Origin: Felis catus
Taxonomy: Eukaryota
Reading direction: 5' to 3'
DNA: 64,000 nucleotides
Assembly (NCBI RefSeq): GCF_018350175.1
Contig: NC_058368.1
Location: forward strand, 17,672,001 to 17,736,000
The notes under the pieces are model-generated. The model had not been told where the DNA came from, ran no database searches, and saw only the letters and a program-made list of their open reading frames with translations. Below, piece by piece: positions 12,511 through 25,441 of this stretch. Position 1 is the first letter of the stretch. Every line of letters begins with the position of its first letter. Both the position numbers and the translations under genes were made by a program.

Positions 12511-12779
12511 TATTTTTTTTTATTTTTTTGATGGACGTTTGGTGAAGTGGGTGGAGCTCACAATATCCAACTAAACGTCTTGAAATGCCTAGTAGAGGAG
12601 AAATATTTGGCCTCCTTCCAATTGGAATGATTCAATATGTCAGAGAATTCTATAACCCTGGGGTAGAATTAGGAAAAGCTCTAGAGCCTGTATGATTCAA
12701 TATTTATTTAGCTATAGCCAATAAGCTTGCTCCAGAGAATAGGGGATGAGCTATATGAGGCAAAGAGTAGAGGAAACTC

Positions 12780-14670
12780 ATATGTTTTCTGAGGCCAGAG
12801 AGGAATATAGAGGAAAAAAATATTAAATCACTTGAACACATTTAGACATTTTCCTATACACATTTCTTGAGCACACACACAAAATCACCTGAAAAGTTTC
12901 AAGTATTTCCTTAGATAAATATACATATTTATTTATGTGTATACATATATGTATATATATACACATATACATCTTACCCGGAAACATTTCTATATTTAAA
13001 TGAATATATATTAAATCTATACATTGAAATATCTTCTCATCGCATATTCCAAGTAAAACCAATATCCTACTTAATGCTAAAAATGCTAAAAGCATTCTCA
13101 TTGAGGTCAGAAGCAAGATAAGGATGTCTACGCTCCATTGACACCATTACATAACTTTTTTTTAAAGTAGGAGTAACAGACAAGTCAAGAGAAAAAACTA
13201 AGAGATAAAATATTTTAAGGAGTGAGTACAAATTATCTTTTAGATGATATGATTGTAGGTCTGGAAAGAACTCAAACAAATCAACTAAAAAATTATTCAT
13301 ATACAATGAGATTTCTGTAAAGTGGCTGGGTTCAGTATGAGTGTATAAAAATTGATAGCCTTATTATATATAAGCAAATAGCAACTAGAAAAACTAAAAT
13401 GGAAGAAAAGAGCCTATTTGCAAGAGCAACCACAAACACACAAACAAACTCCTAGGAATAAACCTAACAAGTGATGAGTTAGATCCACGAGAAAAATATT
13501 TTAATAGTTCAAAGAAGACTTGAATATAAGGTAAGTTATGCTCTGTTCTTAGATAAGAAGACATAAAAATATCAGTTCTTTCTAACTTAATCTGTAAGAT
13601 ATTTCATCCCACTATAAAATACAAATAGAAAAATTTTAAACTTAACTAATTCTAAAGTTCATGTGAAAAAGTAAACACCTAAACATATCTAGAACAATTC
13701 TAGAAAAGAAAAAATAAGGAAACTAGATGTTAAAGAATTTTAAAGAAAAAATAAAGAATGTGGTACATACAAAAGACTGTTTCAAGAAAAAAAAATGCAG
13801 ACACGGAGAATACAAAGAACACGTACATAAATTTATAACATAAGAAGACATTGCACGGAGGTGAAAAAAGGATGAATTCTTCAATAAATGGAGTTTTGAT
13901 GACTTGATAGCATTCTGTGAAAAAAGAAGTCAATTTTTTACTACAAAATTTCCAGGAAAATCTAACAGTAAATGGAAAAACAAATACGTTATAAAAATAC
14001 TAGAAGAAAACATGGGTGAACTTTTTTTATACAAACTTAACAATATTATGTAATATCTCCTACCCCAAAAAGATTGACAACATTGACTATATTGAAAAAG
14101 AAAAGACAAAGATTGAAAAAAAAAAATCACCTTTTAATAGGTATGTCTAACAAAGTGCTCATTTCCTTAATATCCAAAGAGCTATAAATCAAGAAGGAAA
14201 AAGTCAATAATTACATAGAAACTTGTGTGAAAATATTGAGCAGTCCTCAGCAAACTAACAAAACTACAATTCAAAACGCTAAGGAAAGAACATTAACAAA
14301 AGTCAAAGTTTGATGAGACGCTGAGTGTGGAGGGAATGAAAACTGGAAGGAGCACGTCTCTGCTCTACGTGTGTGTTGTTGCTGTGGAGGTCATTTGAAT
14401 GCAAAACGCATATTTCTTTGACTCAGCAGTTTCGTTTCTGGAAGTTATCCTACACATAGTGTCTCACATGTGCACAAAGACATTGTCGAAGGATATTTAT
14501 TACAGCACTGCCTGCAAGAGCAATTTGTTTAAAAACAATATAAATGTACATCAATAAATATCTGTAAGTCAACTACAGTCCACCCACACAATAAAATACT
14601 AGCAGATATATATTTAAAGTTTATTTATTTACTTAGAGAGAGAGAGAGAGAGAGAGTGCTGAGGCAGGAC

Positions 14671-14701
<31 letters not shown>

Positions 14702-15160
14702 GGGAGAATCCCAGGCAGGCTCCACACTCCAGCATGGAGCCCGATGTGGGGCTCAAGAACTCACAAACTGTGAGGTTATGACCTGAGCTGAAATCTAGAG
14801 TCAGATATTTAACTGACTGAGCCACCCAAGCGTCCCACTAGTAGGTATTTTTTAAAGTCATTTCTATATGTCCTAACACGGGATCATTTCTAAAATATAA
14901 TAAGTGCAAAAACCAAGACTTGGAAACATATGTACAATAAGCATGCGCATGTAAACGAAAGTCTGTGTGATTGTCTGGTACAGGTGCAGTGTGTATATAG
15001 AGAGCGCATCCTGGAAAGGGCGATGCACAAAAAACTGGGTGTAGCAATGAGAAACCAAGGACTGTGGAATAAGATGGGAGGAAGTGACTTTTTACTACAG
15101 TATATTATTTTGTACCTTTTAAAGTTATGCTCCATGTGTAGACATTACTTCTTCTAATGA
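12780..15160 (+). mobile_element. Old degenerate L1 (L1M) ORF2/3' region
   Basis: A-rich decayed ORF2 motifs in order ('aaagcattctcattgaggtcagaagcaagataaggatgtc', 'ctaggaataaacctaacaa', 'aaaatactagaagaaaacatgggtgaa'); no open frame. Confidence 0.75.
14610..14836 (-). mobile_element. Older SINEC with expanded (GA)n
   Basis: Antisense SINEC; imperfect TSD actagcagatat/actagtaggtat at 14598-14609 and 14837-14848. Confidence 0.9.
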
Positions 15161-16324
15161 ATAAATCAATTTGAAGTTATTGGAAATTTTATGGATGGCT
15201 AATTCACAAAATCAAACTAAAATAAATGCTATTATGGCAATAGGACCTACTGATTGTAATATTACATATTCTGTTCATAGCGTCTTTGGAGAGCTAAATC
15301 CTGGATATAAAGTCTTCATATGTCTATATGTGTATGTATATTTGATATAAGAAAACTTGAGGGAAAGGGGTCAAGCAAGACATAGAAACTTTTGGACTAA
15401 GAAGTGTGGGAATGATTTATGATTTGTTTATTCAAAAATGAATAGAACAAAATTATATGTCAAGCAGCGGAAATGACAATATAAAGGAGAAAGGAAAACC
15501 CTTATTTCTTGCACGCGAGTCACTTAAAACTTACTGGACTAATAAGTCCAATATAACAAGAAAGACAAAAAAATTAATAGTAGCACAGATTACAATAATT
15601 TGTAGTGGCTCAACCAACACCAAAAGATTAAAGAATAAGAGAAGTTTCACGGAAGTTAAAATCTTGACCTTGGTTTTCAAGACCTCACTAATTCCCTTGT
15701 AAAGAACAAACTCTTCCAGCTCCAAGAGCAGTTCTCAGCTACTACCAAAAGTTCCTGTGACCCCCAAGTGCCCACATAGTTTCAGTAAGCTGGGAATATT
15801 CTGTTCTGACCTTGCACATAACATGCATGTGCAGCTGTCAAACAGCCAGCAGCTCAGCCACAGAGGCCAGTCTGCAGGAGGGAGAATGAGTTCCATAAAT
15901 AGCGCCTAAATGCTTCATGAAACACTTTGTAATCGTTACCAAGAACATCTCTTTGGGACTCCAAAGGCTTAGAATAACAATTGACTAAAGATATTCTGAT
16001 CGGTAATGCATGTGTGGAGAAAGTTCCAGACCATTAGAGCTTATCTTTACGTATAATCCATTCTTTTCGGGGGGATTTGTAACTTAGTAGAGCAAAAAGA
16101 ATCTCTAAAATACTATTTCCAAAAGTCTTTGGCCACCCCCTACGTTGATTTACACATTCCACTGACTTGCACATATTCTGTTTAGACCTGACAGTTATTA
16201 AAACCTTGGACTTTGGTTTAAAATTTGGCTTGTAAGGAAGTGCCATCAACAGTTCATTTAGAATTTGAGGTTCTTTTCCAAAGATTTGAAAAGATTCAAA
16301 TATAATCACCTCAGATGTGTAGAT

Positions 16325-16786
16325 CAGGGGTCAGCCTGTGAACCAAATCCGGTCCACTGGCTGATTTTGTAAATAAAATTTTTGAAGCATAGCCATACCT
16401 TTTGTTTACATATTGCCTATGGTGGTTTTCACAGTGTAAAAGCCAAGTGGAGAGGTTGCCATGGAGACCATAGGACCCATAGCCTAAAATATTTACTGTC
16501 TGGTCCTTTAAAAACAAAGTTTGCTGGGGCGCCTGGGGGGCACAGTCGGTTAAGCATCCGACTTCAGCCAGGTCACGATCTCGCGGTCTGTGAGTTCGAG
16601 TCCCGCGTCGGGCTCTGGGCTGATGGCTCGGAGCCTGGAGCCTGTTTCAGATTCTGTGTCTCCCTCTCTCTCTGCCCCTCCCCCATTCATGCTCTGTCTC
16701 TCTCTGTCCCAAAAATAAATAAAAACAAACAAACAAACAAACAAATAAATAAATAAATAAATAAAAACAAAGTTTGCTGACCCCTG
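16325..16786 (+). mobile_element. MER58A-like hAT-Charlie MITE interrupted by a SINE
   Basis: Terminal inverted repeats caggggtcag...ctgacccctg; 'tttgtaaataaaatttt..agcctaaaatatttactgtctggtcc' body. Confidence 0.85.
16526..16761 (+). mobile_element. Young SINEC_Fc with (AAAC)n(AAAT)n tail
   Basis: Exact 17-bp TSD taaaaacaaagtttgct at 16509-16525 and 16762-16778. Confidence 0.95.
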
Positions 16787-16859
16787 ATTGAGATTCATGC
16801 AGTTAGAGCCTGAACCATCCAAGAAAACTTTATTCTTAATGATGTGATCACATCAGCAA

Positions 16860-17080
16860 CAATTAAGATTCTCACTTTGATGATAGCTAAGGATTTGAAA
16901 CTGGACAGGCTTGGGTTTCAGTCCTACCTATGGTGCTCTTGCATATTTTAATGAAGTTACTTATTCTCTTGGTGCCTATTTTCTCATCCGTAATACAGGG
17001 ATAATCGCATACATAGTGCAAGATTATTGTGAGAATTTTTAAAAGATGCCATTTATCATAGTCACAAGGTAAGGCAAAGA
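16860..17080 (+). mobile_element. MIR
   Basis: 'aagttacttattctcttggtgcctattttctcatccgtaatacagggataat' MIR core. Confidence 0.6.
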
Positions 17081-17148
17081 GGCCAATGGGTAAGAATCCA
17101 ATTACTATCTCGAAGAACATACCTTTTTGTGTGTTAGGTTATTTATTG

Positions 17149-17481
17149 GGCTTAAATCAACAATGATTGTATTACCTCAAAATTTTGTGGTTAAGGGATT
17201 CAGGCAGGGCTCAGCTGAGTGATTCCATTGTCCCTTACGGTATTGACTAGATGGACTGGTCTGTAGGCTTCAGATAACATCACTCCCATGTGAAGGGTAA
17301 GTGACCGAGCAGAGGACAGCTCAGGACTCCAGAAAGTATTCCAGAGACAAAGACTTCTTATGACCTAGCCTAAGAGTCACACAGTGACACTTCTGCCACA
17401 CTCAAGCAAGCCTCTGAGGCCAGACTCCCCCCCTGAGTGGGAAAAGCCACAGAGAATTTGTGGCCATCATTAATCTACCGA
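17149..17481 (-). mobile_element. Old MaLR LTR (MLT1G/H-like)
   Basis: 'ggcttaaatcaacaatga..ggattcaggcagggctcagctg', 'cacttctgccacact', 'gaatttgtggccatc..aatctacc'. Confidence 0.65.
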
Positions 17482-18539
17482 GACTTACTTTATCTGCATA
17501 AAACAGTTTCATTAAAAGCAACCACCAAAGCAACAAGAATTGGATTCAGCCAAAGAACTGGAGGATTTAGGATTGCATGATGCTGGTTTACATTAGTTTC
17601 CAACTTGTCTTCAAATTGTTTTGGTAGCAGTTAAACACAACTTGTCTCTTCTAACAAAGGGGCTGGAATTCTCAGTACCCCCACTTTCATATTCTGGAAT
17701 TGACCAGATTAGTTGAATCATCATTCTTCTCACACGTATAAAATGAATGAACGAAAGGCATTTTCCTTTTCCAAGGCAAAATAAGTGCAGTGTACCTGAA
17801 ATTATAAAGGATGTTAGCCGTATTTGAGAAGTATTTTGATGGAAGCGGTAACCACCTACCATCTTTTTCCTTTCCTCAATGTGGAAACGTAATTTTTCCA
17901 ATCCATTTTATTCCAGATGTGTTGGGCAAGAAAAAAACCCGTGATGATGAGGAATCCAGCCATATGTCATTGAGCAGATCCAAGTGGGTGGCTCTACCAA
18001 GAAATGCAGTAAAACTAAATTGGGAAAAGTGGAGCACGATCGGTCCTCATGGACTGAGCAGATGTAAGACCTGAAATAGACACAAGGGTCCCAGAGCTTA
18101 GCGGAGGCTGAAATTCTGTGCAACAAGCTAATGGTGTCACTTTCTGTGTCTTCTCGCAAACAGTAAAAACTTGAGAACTGCATTGGGGGGAAGATCTGAA
18201 GTTTTATGTCTGAGAAAGAATATCATTCTCCAAATGAGAAACATAACCAAAACTTCTTTTGGAAACTCTCTTCTGTGCAAATTTATAGGAAATTGTCTTT
18301 GTTAAGATTTATTTTTCTTTTTAAATATCACTCTCTGATATATAAAATAAATAGTTTTTTTGATAGTGTTTAATGTGTCTGTGTTATTCTAATGGGCATA
18401 GCTGGCTGGCTGGATGGGAAGATGGCCAGTTAGAATCCTTGTAGTCAACTAGGCCAAGAAACACTCAGGTTTTTTTAACCACAAGGTTTCATTTGATGAG
18501 AAAATCAGGTCATCAATGGATACTTTAAGATTAGCAGCA

Positions 18540-18764
18540 GGGGCGCCTGGGTGGCGCAGTCGGTTAAGCGTCCGGCTTCAGCCAGGTCACGATCTCGCGG
18601 TCCGTGAGTTCGAGCCCCACGTCAGGCTCTGGGCTGATGGCTCAGAGCCTGGAGCCTGTTTCCAATTCTGTGTCTCCCTCTCTCTCTGCCCCTCCCCCGC
18701 TCATGCTCTGTCTCTCTCTGTCCAAAAAATAAATGAACGTTGAAAAAAAAAATTAAAAAAAAAA
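18540..18764 (+). mobile_element. Young SINEC_Fc
   Basis: Exact TSD aagattagcagca at 18527-18539 and 18765-18777. Confidence 0.95.
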
Positions 18765-19201
18765 AAGATTAGCAGCATTGTTTTCATTTCACAACAATAC
18801 TTTCTAAAAGAAGAGCCATTAATCAGCAAGTAATACTTTTTTAGTTTAAATAAAGCAAGTTCTTCCTTTTTTTTTTCTGTAGGAATATGACCTACTTAAG
18901 AAAACTCAAGCACACTAATATCACTAAAATGTTAACAGTTAATTATTTAATATTATTATTTTAAAATTTAAACTGTAAAAATGGTTGAGTTTATCAGTTA
19001 AGATATAATAAAAGAAACTGGAAACCAAAGTTTGCTTTTCAGAATTTGCAATTGTTTTTTAAACATAGACTCTTTCATTTAAAATGTTTTGATTCTGATG
19101 TTGGTTCTCAGTGGGAAGATCTCAATTTGGCACATAACCTATATCCTCACACTGAGAATGCCATTCCTGAAAACCTAAGTTTCCAGGCATGGGGCCATCA
19201 C

Positions 19202-19402
19202 GGGGCCCCTGGGTGGCTCAGTCGGTGAAGCGTGCAACTTTGATTTCCTCTCAGGTAGTGATCTCACAGTTCATGGGTTCCAGCCCCTCATCGGGCTCTG
19301 TTTGACAGTGCAGAGCCTGCTTGGGATCCTCTCTCTCTCCCTCTTTCTCTGCCCCTCCCCCACTCGTGCTCTCCTTCTCTCAAAAATAAATAAACTTAGA
19401 AA
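19202..19402 (+). mobile_element. Older SINEC
   Basis: SINEC head, CT-rich body, aataaataaa end; no clear TSD. Confidence 0.88.
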
Positions 19403-19429
19403 GGAATCATTGTTGGGGAAACCCCTCCA

Positions 19430-20390
19430 TTGACAACAACCCATATTTATAGTATATAGCAGCTTACAAAATGCTTTTGCATAAATTGCCTCATTGGTTC
19501 CTCACAAGCCTATGAGTTAATTTTTCTCAGCCCACTCTATAGTTAAAGAAACTGAGGATCTGAAATGATAGAAGGTTTTTCCCTTTTCTCCCAAATCCCT
19601 GACCAGTCCCGATCCTCTCCCCTCCTTCACACTGCTCACCAGCATTATCTACTCTGGGCACACTGATTTGCTTCCTGCCTCCCACACAGCATGTTCTCTC
19701 TCACCTATATATGCTTGGTGGGTTTGGGTTGTTTGTTTAAATGCTTTGCTTGTCCAAAAATGTTTAACCCTGAAAGTCATCCCCAAACACGACAGCTCAC
19801 ATCTCTCTCCCCTTTTAACAACACCCTGCACAACACCTATCTGTAATGCACCATGGCATTTGTGTGATTTCCCTGTTTCTTCTCTAACATTTGCACATCT
19901 TAGGCATCCAAATGGCATATCAATACCTTGCATGCAGGGGCTGTGCCCTTCATTCACTCTCCGTCCCCTGAGTGCTGAGCATAATTCTGTGTACAGAGTA
20001 GAAGAGTACTTATGACTCAAATGAACAATCTGGAAATCTCTGTTGTCCAGCTGGGTGCCCCGGTTTCTTTCCTCTGCCTCAAATGCCCTCTATGCTTCCA
20101 CCTTTCCAACAATCCTGAAGACCCAGCTCATGTCATCTCGTTTGTGAAGCTGTACTGAACCATCAGGGAGACTTTAGTCACCATCTCCCAGCATGTGTCA
20201 TTTGGTATTTACATATCCGTCTCTCCCACCAAACTGCCAGGAACATACCCATCACGGCTTCGAATACCTCCCATATTTTCCCTTAATTGTTAATACCAGG
20301 AATTCTTAACCCCAGTAGATTGTAAATTCCTGTAGAGTAGAGAATATGTCTTCAGAGATATTCACAGGGTGAATGCAGTCTTTGGAAAGA
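19430..20390. mobile_element. MIR and L2 fragments
   Basis: Antisense MIR at ~19440-19570; L2-like 3' pieces ('tagattgtaaattcctgtagagtagagaatatgtctt'). Confidence 0.5.
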
Positions 20391-21009
20391 GATCAGCACT
20401 AAAGCGTTGAAATCATCTCCGATGAAAAGCATTCATTCCCGAAGACGAATAATAAACTAACTCCACGAAGCCTTTTTGAAAATTGCTCAAGAATCTTTCA
20501 GAGGAAGTTGGTATGTTTATCCGAAGTTTTTTGTCATAAACTAATCATTACATTCATGACACACTTGGCACAATCCTATTGGAAGAATATTGATGGTGAG
20601 CAAGGATAACTGTCATGTGAATCATTTTCTTTACAATGAAAATGTCCAATGCAAATATTTCTCATAACTCTAGGATGGGCCTATTTATGAGCTCCATAAA
20701 GATATCACCTAATTTCTAGAATATATGGATTTTGGATTTCCGTGGCATATTTTACATTCAAGGATAATGAAAAGTAATGAGCTGAATATAGACTATTATA
20801 TCAAAGTGAACAGGATGGTCATTATTCATTCCAAATAGCAGAATCTATTTTCATTACATCTTAGTGAATTTAGCCCACATATAATGATACATAATAATAT
20901 CTAAGTAAATTTTGTGGTATGAAAATGTACTTAGACTTCTTGATCTCGAATGGCAGCATACATACACAAAAGCAGCCTTTACATTGAAATGAATATGGGA
21001 GTCAGAGCT

Positions 21010-21152
21010 CATGCTATAGAATAAGGATCACCTGGGAAACTTGTTAAATATACAGGTAGTCTGGCCTCAGTTGCAGAGATCTGAATCAACCTCTGTAATT
21101 TTAATAATAGCAATAATGATTCATACCAAAATTTGGGAGCCGATGGACTAGG
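21010..21152. mobile_element. MER5-like hAT DNA transposon relic
   Basis: 'atcacctgggaaacttgttaaata..cagagatctgaatcaa..aaatttgggagcc'. Confidence 0.55.
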
Positions 21153-22089
21153 GGCATAAACTCAAGTGGTCCTACAGTCTTGCAAGAGCTGATCGTACCC
21201 ATTCCTCTTCCCAGCCCTGTGTTCAGTCACGACCCGTCCCTAACTAAGTCAGCCATGGTGGCAGTATTTATACCATGGAAAGTGGCAACTACTATGTTGC
21301 TAAACATTTACCAACACTCCACCAGATAAGAGATCAGAGCCTTGGTCTCTCTCCATAAGAGAATTTTTTGGACAAACCTTGATCCTGCTGAAATTCTCTG
21401 ATAAACGTTGTTATAGGTATGGTAAGGAACTCAAAGTTCCCAAGTTGTCAAATTTAGTACTTGCCCTTAAAGAAGTGAAAATAACAAGACTCAAGCAAGT
21501 GAGTTAACAGTCATTTATAAAGCAAGGAAAACTAAAATTTCTTGTGTTGATGAAATTTTAAAGGATTTATGGCCAAGGTTCTACCCCAGATAAGGTGATC
21601 CAGGGAAAGATGCAGGAGGGGTTACCTATAGATCCACTTTGCCAACTTTCTCATATCTAATCAAGTCCAAGTGTCCTGTACCTTCCAACTGCAAGCCAAC
21701 GTTAACTCAAATATGGGGACCTGATAGGAGACAGTCAATAGCACACATTCTGCCCTCCATCCTGGACAGGTTTAGGCATTTATGCTCACCTAAAAACAAA
21801 CCAGAACTAGACAGGGACGACGCTCACTTAATACTTTATTAAGTACCGCAGGAAACACAGAGATTAAGCTGTTAGATTTGGATTCTTTCTGCTCTCCAGC
21901 ATTACATGTGAATTTTGGAATGACTGGGTCAGCAACAAGTCACAGCAACGACCCTGAGACATATTTATGCTCTGAAGGCCTGTGTGCAGTGTCTCAGGGT
22001 GGGAAAACTACAGTTTTGAAAGAGAAACTATCTCGCAGTTTCAATCACTGATGGAAACAGAGTGATAAAAGCCTTCCTTAAAAATAACC

Positions 22090-23260
22090 GGGAGGAGCCA
22101 AGATGGCAGAACAGCATGGTAGTTTTTTGTGCATCTCACGTCCATGAAATACAGCCAGACCAACACTAAACCATCCTACACACCTAGAAAACTGATCCGA
22201 GGATTAACACAACAATCTGCACAACCTGAACCACAGAATTCAGCAGGTACGCGGGACAGAGAAGTGAATTTGGGGAGCGAGAAGCCATGAAAGGTGGAAA
22301 CCGCTTTTGTGGGTGGAGAGAGGAAAGAGACCGGGGAGGGGGGCAGAATTCAGGAAAAGCACCCCTCCCCAAAAGCAGCTGGAGAGAAAGTGGAAAATTG
22401 GAAACAGCCGAAGGGACTAAACTAAAAAGGGAGAAAGGAGAAAGGAGAGGGTTTAAATTTCATTAAGACTGTAAACAAGGGGAGCGCAGAGTCTGCAGCT
22501 CAGTACCTGGTGGTGCTCTGGCGGGAAGGGCGAATCCTCAGAAACAGAGTGGGGTCCGGGAGGTTCTCGGGCCACACGGGGAAAAGCGGTTCCACTGCCG
22601 GAAGGACATTTGGTAGAGACTGTCGAAGCCACCTGGTTGCAGCAGACCCCGGAAGGCGGCCACATTCGCTGGTGCTGGAACAAGGTCGTTGAGGGTGAAG
22701 CCTGGTGCCCATAATCCCTGAAACGCTGCTGCTACACTGTCTCGCGAACTTTTCTGGGGCCGGCTGGCACCTGGCCGCAGTCTCGGGGCTCCAGCAGCAG
22801 CAGAGTCCAGCAGGCCTTCCTGGGTGCAGCCAACCTTTGGCCATTGCTCATTCAGCCATTGCTGGGTGAGACCCGCCCACAGAAGGGCGGAAGGGGTCAA
22901 AGCCGCAGTCCTTCGGAAGTAAGGGGCCCGGGAAAACAGCCGCATCTGAGACAAAACTCGGGAGAGAGTTGCTGCCTAGGGCTTGGTAATGGACAGTGAA
23001 GATGCAGCGAGTGGAGGAGAGCTGAAGACAGAGGATGGGTGCGCGATTGCTGATCCGGGAGAACAGACCGGGTAGCTGGATGGTGCCATTTTCGCCTCCC
23101 CCGCGCATGCGCATATGCACCTACGAGCACCGCAACACTCCACCCCAGGAGGCTAGCAGCGCCATCTAGTGGAGAACGGAGCCCTTACACTGAGCCCCGC
23201 CCAACTGGGCCAACCTCGCTCTTCAAGAATGTAAGTCTCACCGCCTGTTTACTTTATGGA
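22090..23260 (+). promoter_or_regulatory. L1 internal Pol II promoter / CpG-rich 5'UTR
   Basis: YY1-type caagatggc at 22099-22107, high GC and CpG density compared with the flanks. Confidence 0.75.
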
Positions 23261-23379
23261 CTATAAAGCGCTTCATGGTCTGACTTCTAGGGGAAAACGA
23301 AGTAACTTCAATCCTATTTCAATCTGTTAGCAGGTCCATGTATTCAATTTTCTTTTTTTTTCTTTTTCACTTATTTTCT

Positions 23380-24240
23380 TTTTCTTGAATACAGAAAGAG
23401 AAAAAAATTCATCTTTATTTTAAATTTTTATTAAAAACATTTTTAATTTTTATTACTTTTTTTTTACTGTTGTGTAAGTTTTTTCAAATTCTATTTTACT
23501 TCCGTCGTTTTATTTTAGTCTATTACAGTGTATTCACCTTTTCAAATTTTCATACAATTTCATTTTTTTCTTTGTTTTCTTTTTTCTTTTTCGTTTTTCT
23601 TTTTCTTGAATGCAGAAACAGAAAAACTTCATTTTACTTTCAATTTCTATTAAAAATATTTTTTTAATTTTTTTACTATATTTTTTGCTTTTGTGTAAAT
23701 TTTTTCAAATTCTATTTTACTTCCATCATTTTATGTTAGTCTGCTACAGGGTATTCACTTTTTCAAATTTTCAAACGATTTCTTTTTTTCTCTTTTTTAA
23801 AATCTTTTTTCTCTTTTTTCTTTTTTTCTTAAATACAGAAAAAGAAAAAAATTCATATTTATTTTTAATTTTTATTAAAAATATTTTTATTTTTTCTACT
23901 ATATTCTTTATTTTTTTTTTAAATTTTTTTTTCAACGTTTATTTATTTTTGGGACAGAGAGAGACAGAGCATGAACGGGGGAGGGGCAGAGAGAGAGGGA
24001 GACACAGAATCGGAAACAGGCTCCAGGCTCTGAGCCATCAGCCCAGAGCCCGACGCGGGGCTCGAACTCACGGACCGCGAGATTGTGACCTGGCTGAAGT
24101 CGGACGCTTAACCGACTGCGCCACCCAGGCACCCCTATATTCTTTATTTTTGTGTTTATTTTTTCAAATTCTATTTTACCCCCATCATCTCATTTTAGTC
24201 TACTTCAGTGTATTCATTTTTTCAAATTCTCAAATGATTT
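23380..24240 (+). repeat. Three tandem ~221-223-bp T-rich units in the L1 5'UTR
   Basis: Anchor ctt[g/a]aat[a/g]cagaaa at 23384, 23605 and 23828; 'ttttcaaattctattttac' in each unit; third unit interrupted by a SINE. Confidence 0.85.
23916..24135 (-). mobile_element. Young SINEC_Fc nested in the L1 5'UTR
   Basis: TSD tatattctttattttt at 23900-23915 and 24136-24151. Confidence 0.95.
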
Positions 24241-24328
24241 CCTCCCCCCCCTTTTTTTTCTCTAATCTGTCAAACCACTTTCAACACCCAGACCAAAACA
24301 CACCAAGGATCTAGCATCATTTATTCAA

Positions 24329-24330
<2 letters not shown>

Positions 24331-24365
<35 letters not shown>
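24331..24365. repeat. (TG)n microsatellite
   Basis: Direct reading. Confidence 0.95.
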
Positions 24366-24367
<2 letters not shown>

Positions 24368-24451
24368 AGTTTTTAATTTTAATATTTTTTAAATTTTAAT
24401 TTTTTTTAATTTCAATTTTTCTACCTCATTAATTCCTTTTCTCCCTTCAAA

Positions 24452-25334
24452 ATGACAAAACGAAGGTATTCAACCCAAAAGAAAGATCACAAAGAAACGA
24501 TAGCCAGGGATTTAACCAACACAGATACAAGCAAGATGTCTGAACCAGAATTTAGAATCACGATAATAAGCATACTAGCTGGAGTCGAAAACAGATTAGA
24601 ATCCCTTTCTGCGGAGATAAAAGAAGTAAAAGCTAGTCAGGATGAAATAAAAACTGCTCTAACGCAGCTGCAATCATGGATGGATGCCGCGGTGGCAAGG
24701 ATGGATGAGGCAGAACAGAGAATCAGTGATATAGAGGACAAACTTATCGAGAATAATGAAGCAGAAAAAAAAGAGGGAGATGAAGGCAAAAGAGCTCGAT
24801 TTAAGAATCAGAGAAATCAGTGACTCATGAAAAAGAAACAACATCAGAATCATAGGGGTCCCAGAGGAGGAAGAGAGAGAAAGAGGGGTAGAAGGGTTAT
24901 GTGAGCAAATCATAGAGGAAAATTTTCCTAACCTGGGGGAAGACACAGACATCAAAATCCAGGAAACACAGAGGATCCCCGTTAGATTCAACAAAAACTG
25001 ACCATCAACAAGACATATCATAGTCAAATTCACAAAATACTCAGGCAAGGAGAGAATCATGAAAGCAGCAAGGGAAAAAAAAGTCCCTAACCTACAAGGG
25101 AAGACAGATCAGGTTCACAGCAGACCTATCCACAGAAACTTGGCAGGCCAGAAAGGAGTGGCAGGATATATTCAGTGTGCTGAATCAGAAAAATATGCAG
25201 CCAAGAATTCTTTACCCAGCAAGGCTGTCATTCAAAATGGAGGGAGAGATAAACAGTTTCCCAGACAACAAAAATGAAAGGAGTTTGTGACCTGTAAACC
25301 AGCCCTGCAAGAAATTTTAAGGGGGACTCTCTGA
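24452..25334 (+). pseudogene. L1 ORF1p (disrupted)
   Basis: MTKRRYSTQKK...coiled-coil 'RMDEAEQRISDIEDK'; 'NIRIIGVPE' and 'ENFPNL' motifs in shifted frames; frameshifts and stops. Confidence 0.92.
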
Positions 25335-25441
25335 GGGGAGAAAAGATGAAAATATACACATAAAAATAAATAGCAAAAGCAACAAAAGATTAGAAAGGAC
25401 CAGAGAACACCACCAGAAACTCCAACTCTTCAAGCATCATA

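Noticed and set aside
22453..23130. Antisense ORFs (76-138 aa) in the L1 5'UTR as an ORF0 analogue
   Set aside because: GC-rich DNA gives long stop-free frames by chance; several overlapping frames, mostly non-ATG starts, no recognisable similarity
23380..24240. Regularly spaced repeats as a CRISPR-like array
   Set aside because: Mammalian DNA; whole units are homologous (no unique spacers) and no cas genes are present
23610..24314. 234-aa Phe/Leu-rich ORF, and similar ORFs containing 'LGQRETEHERGRGRERGRHRIG'
   Set aside because: Read-through of low-complexity T-rich L1 UTR and antisense SINE sequence; the same peptide recurs at every young SINE
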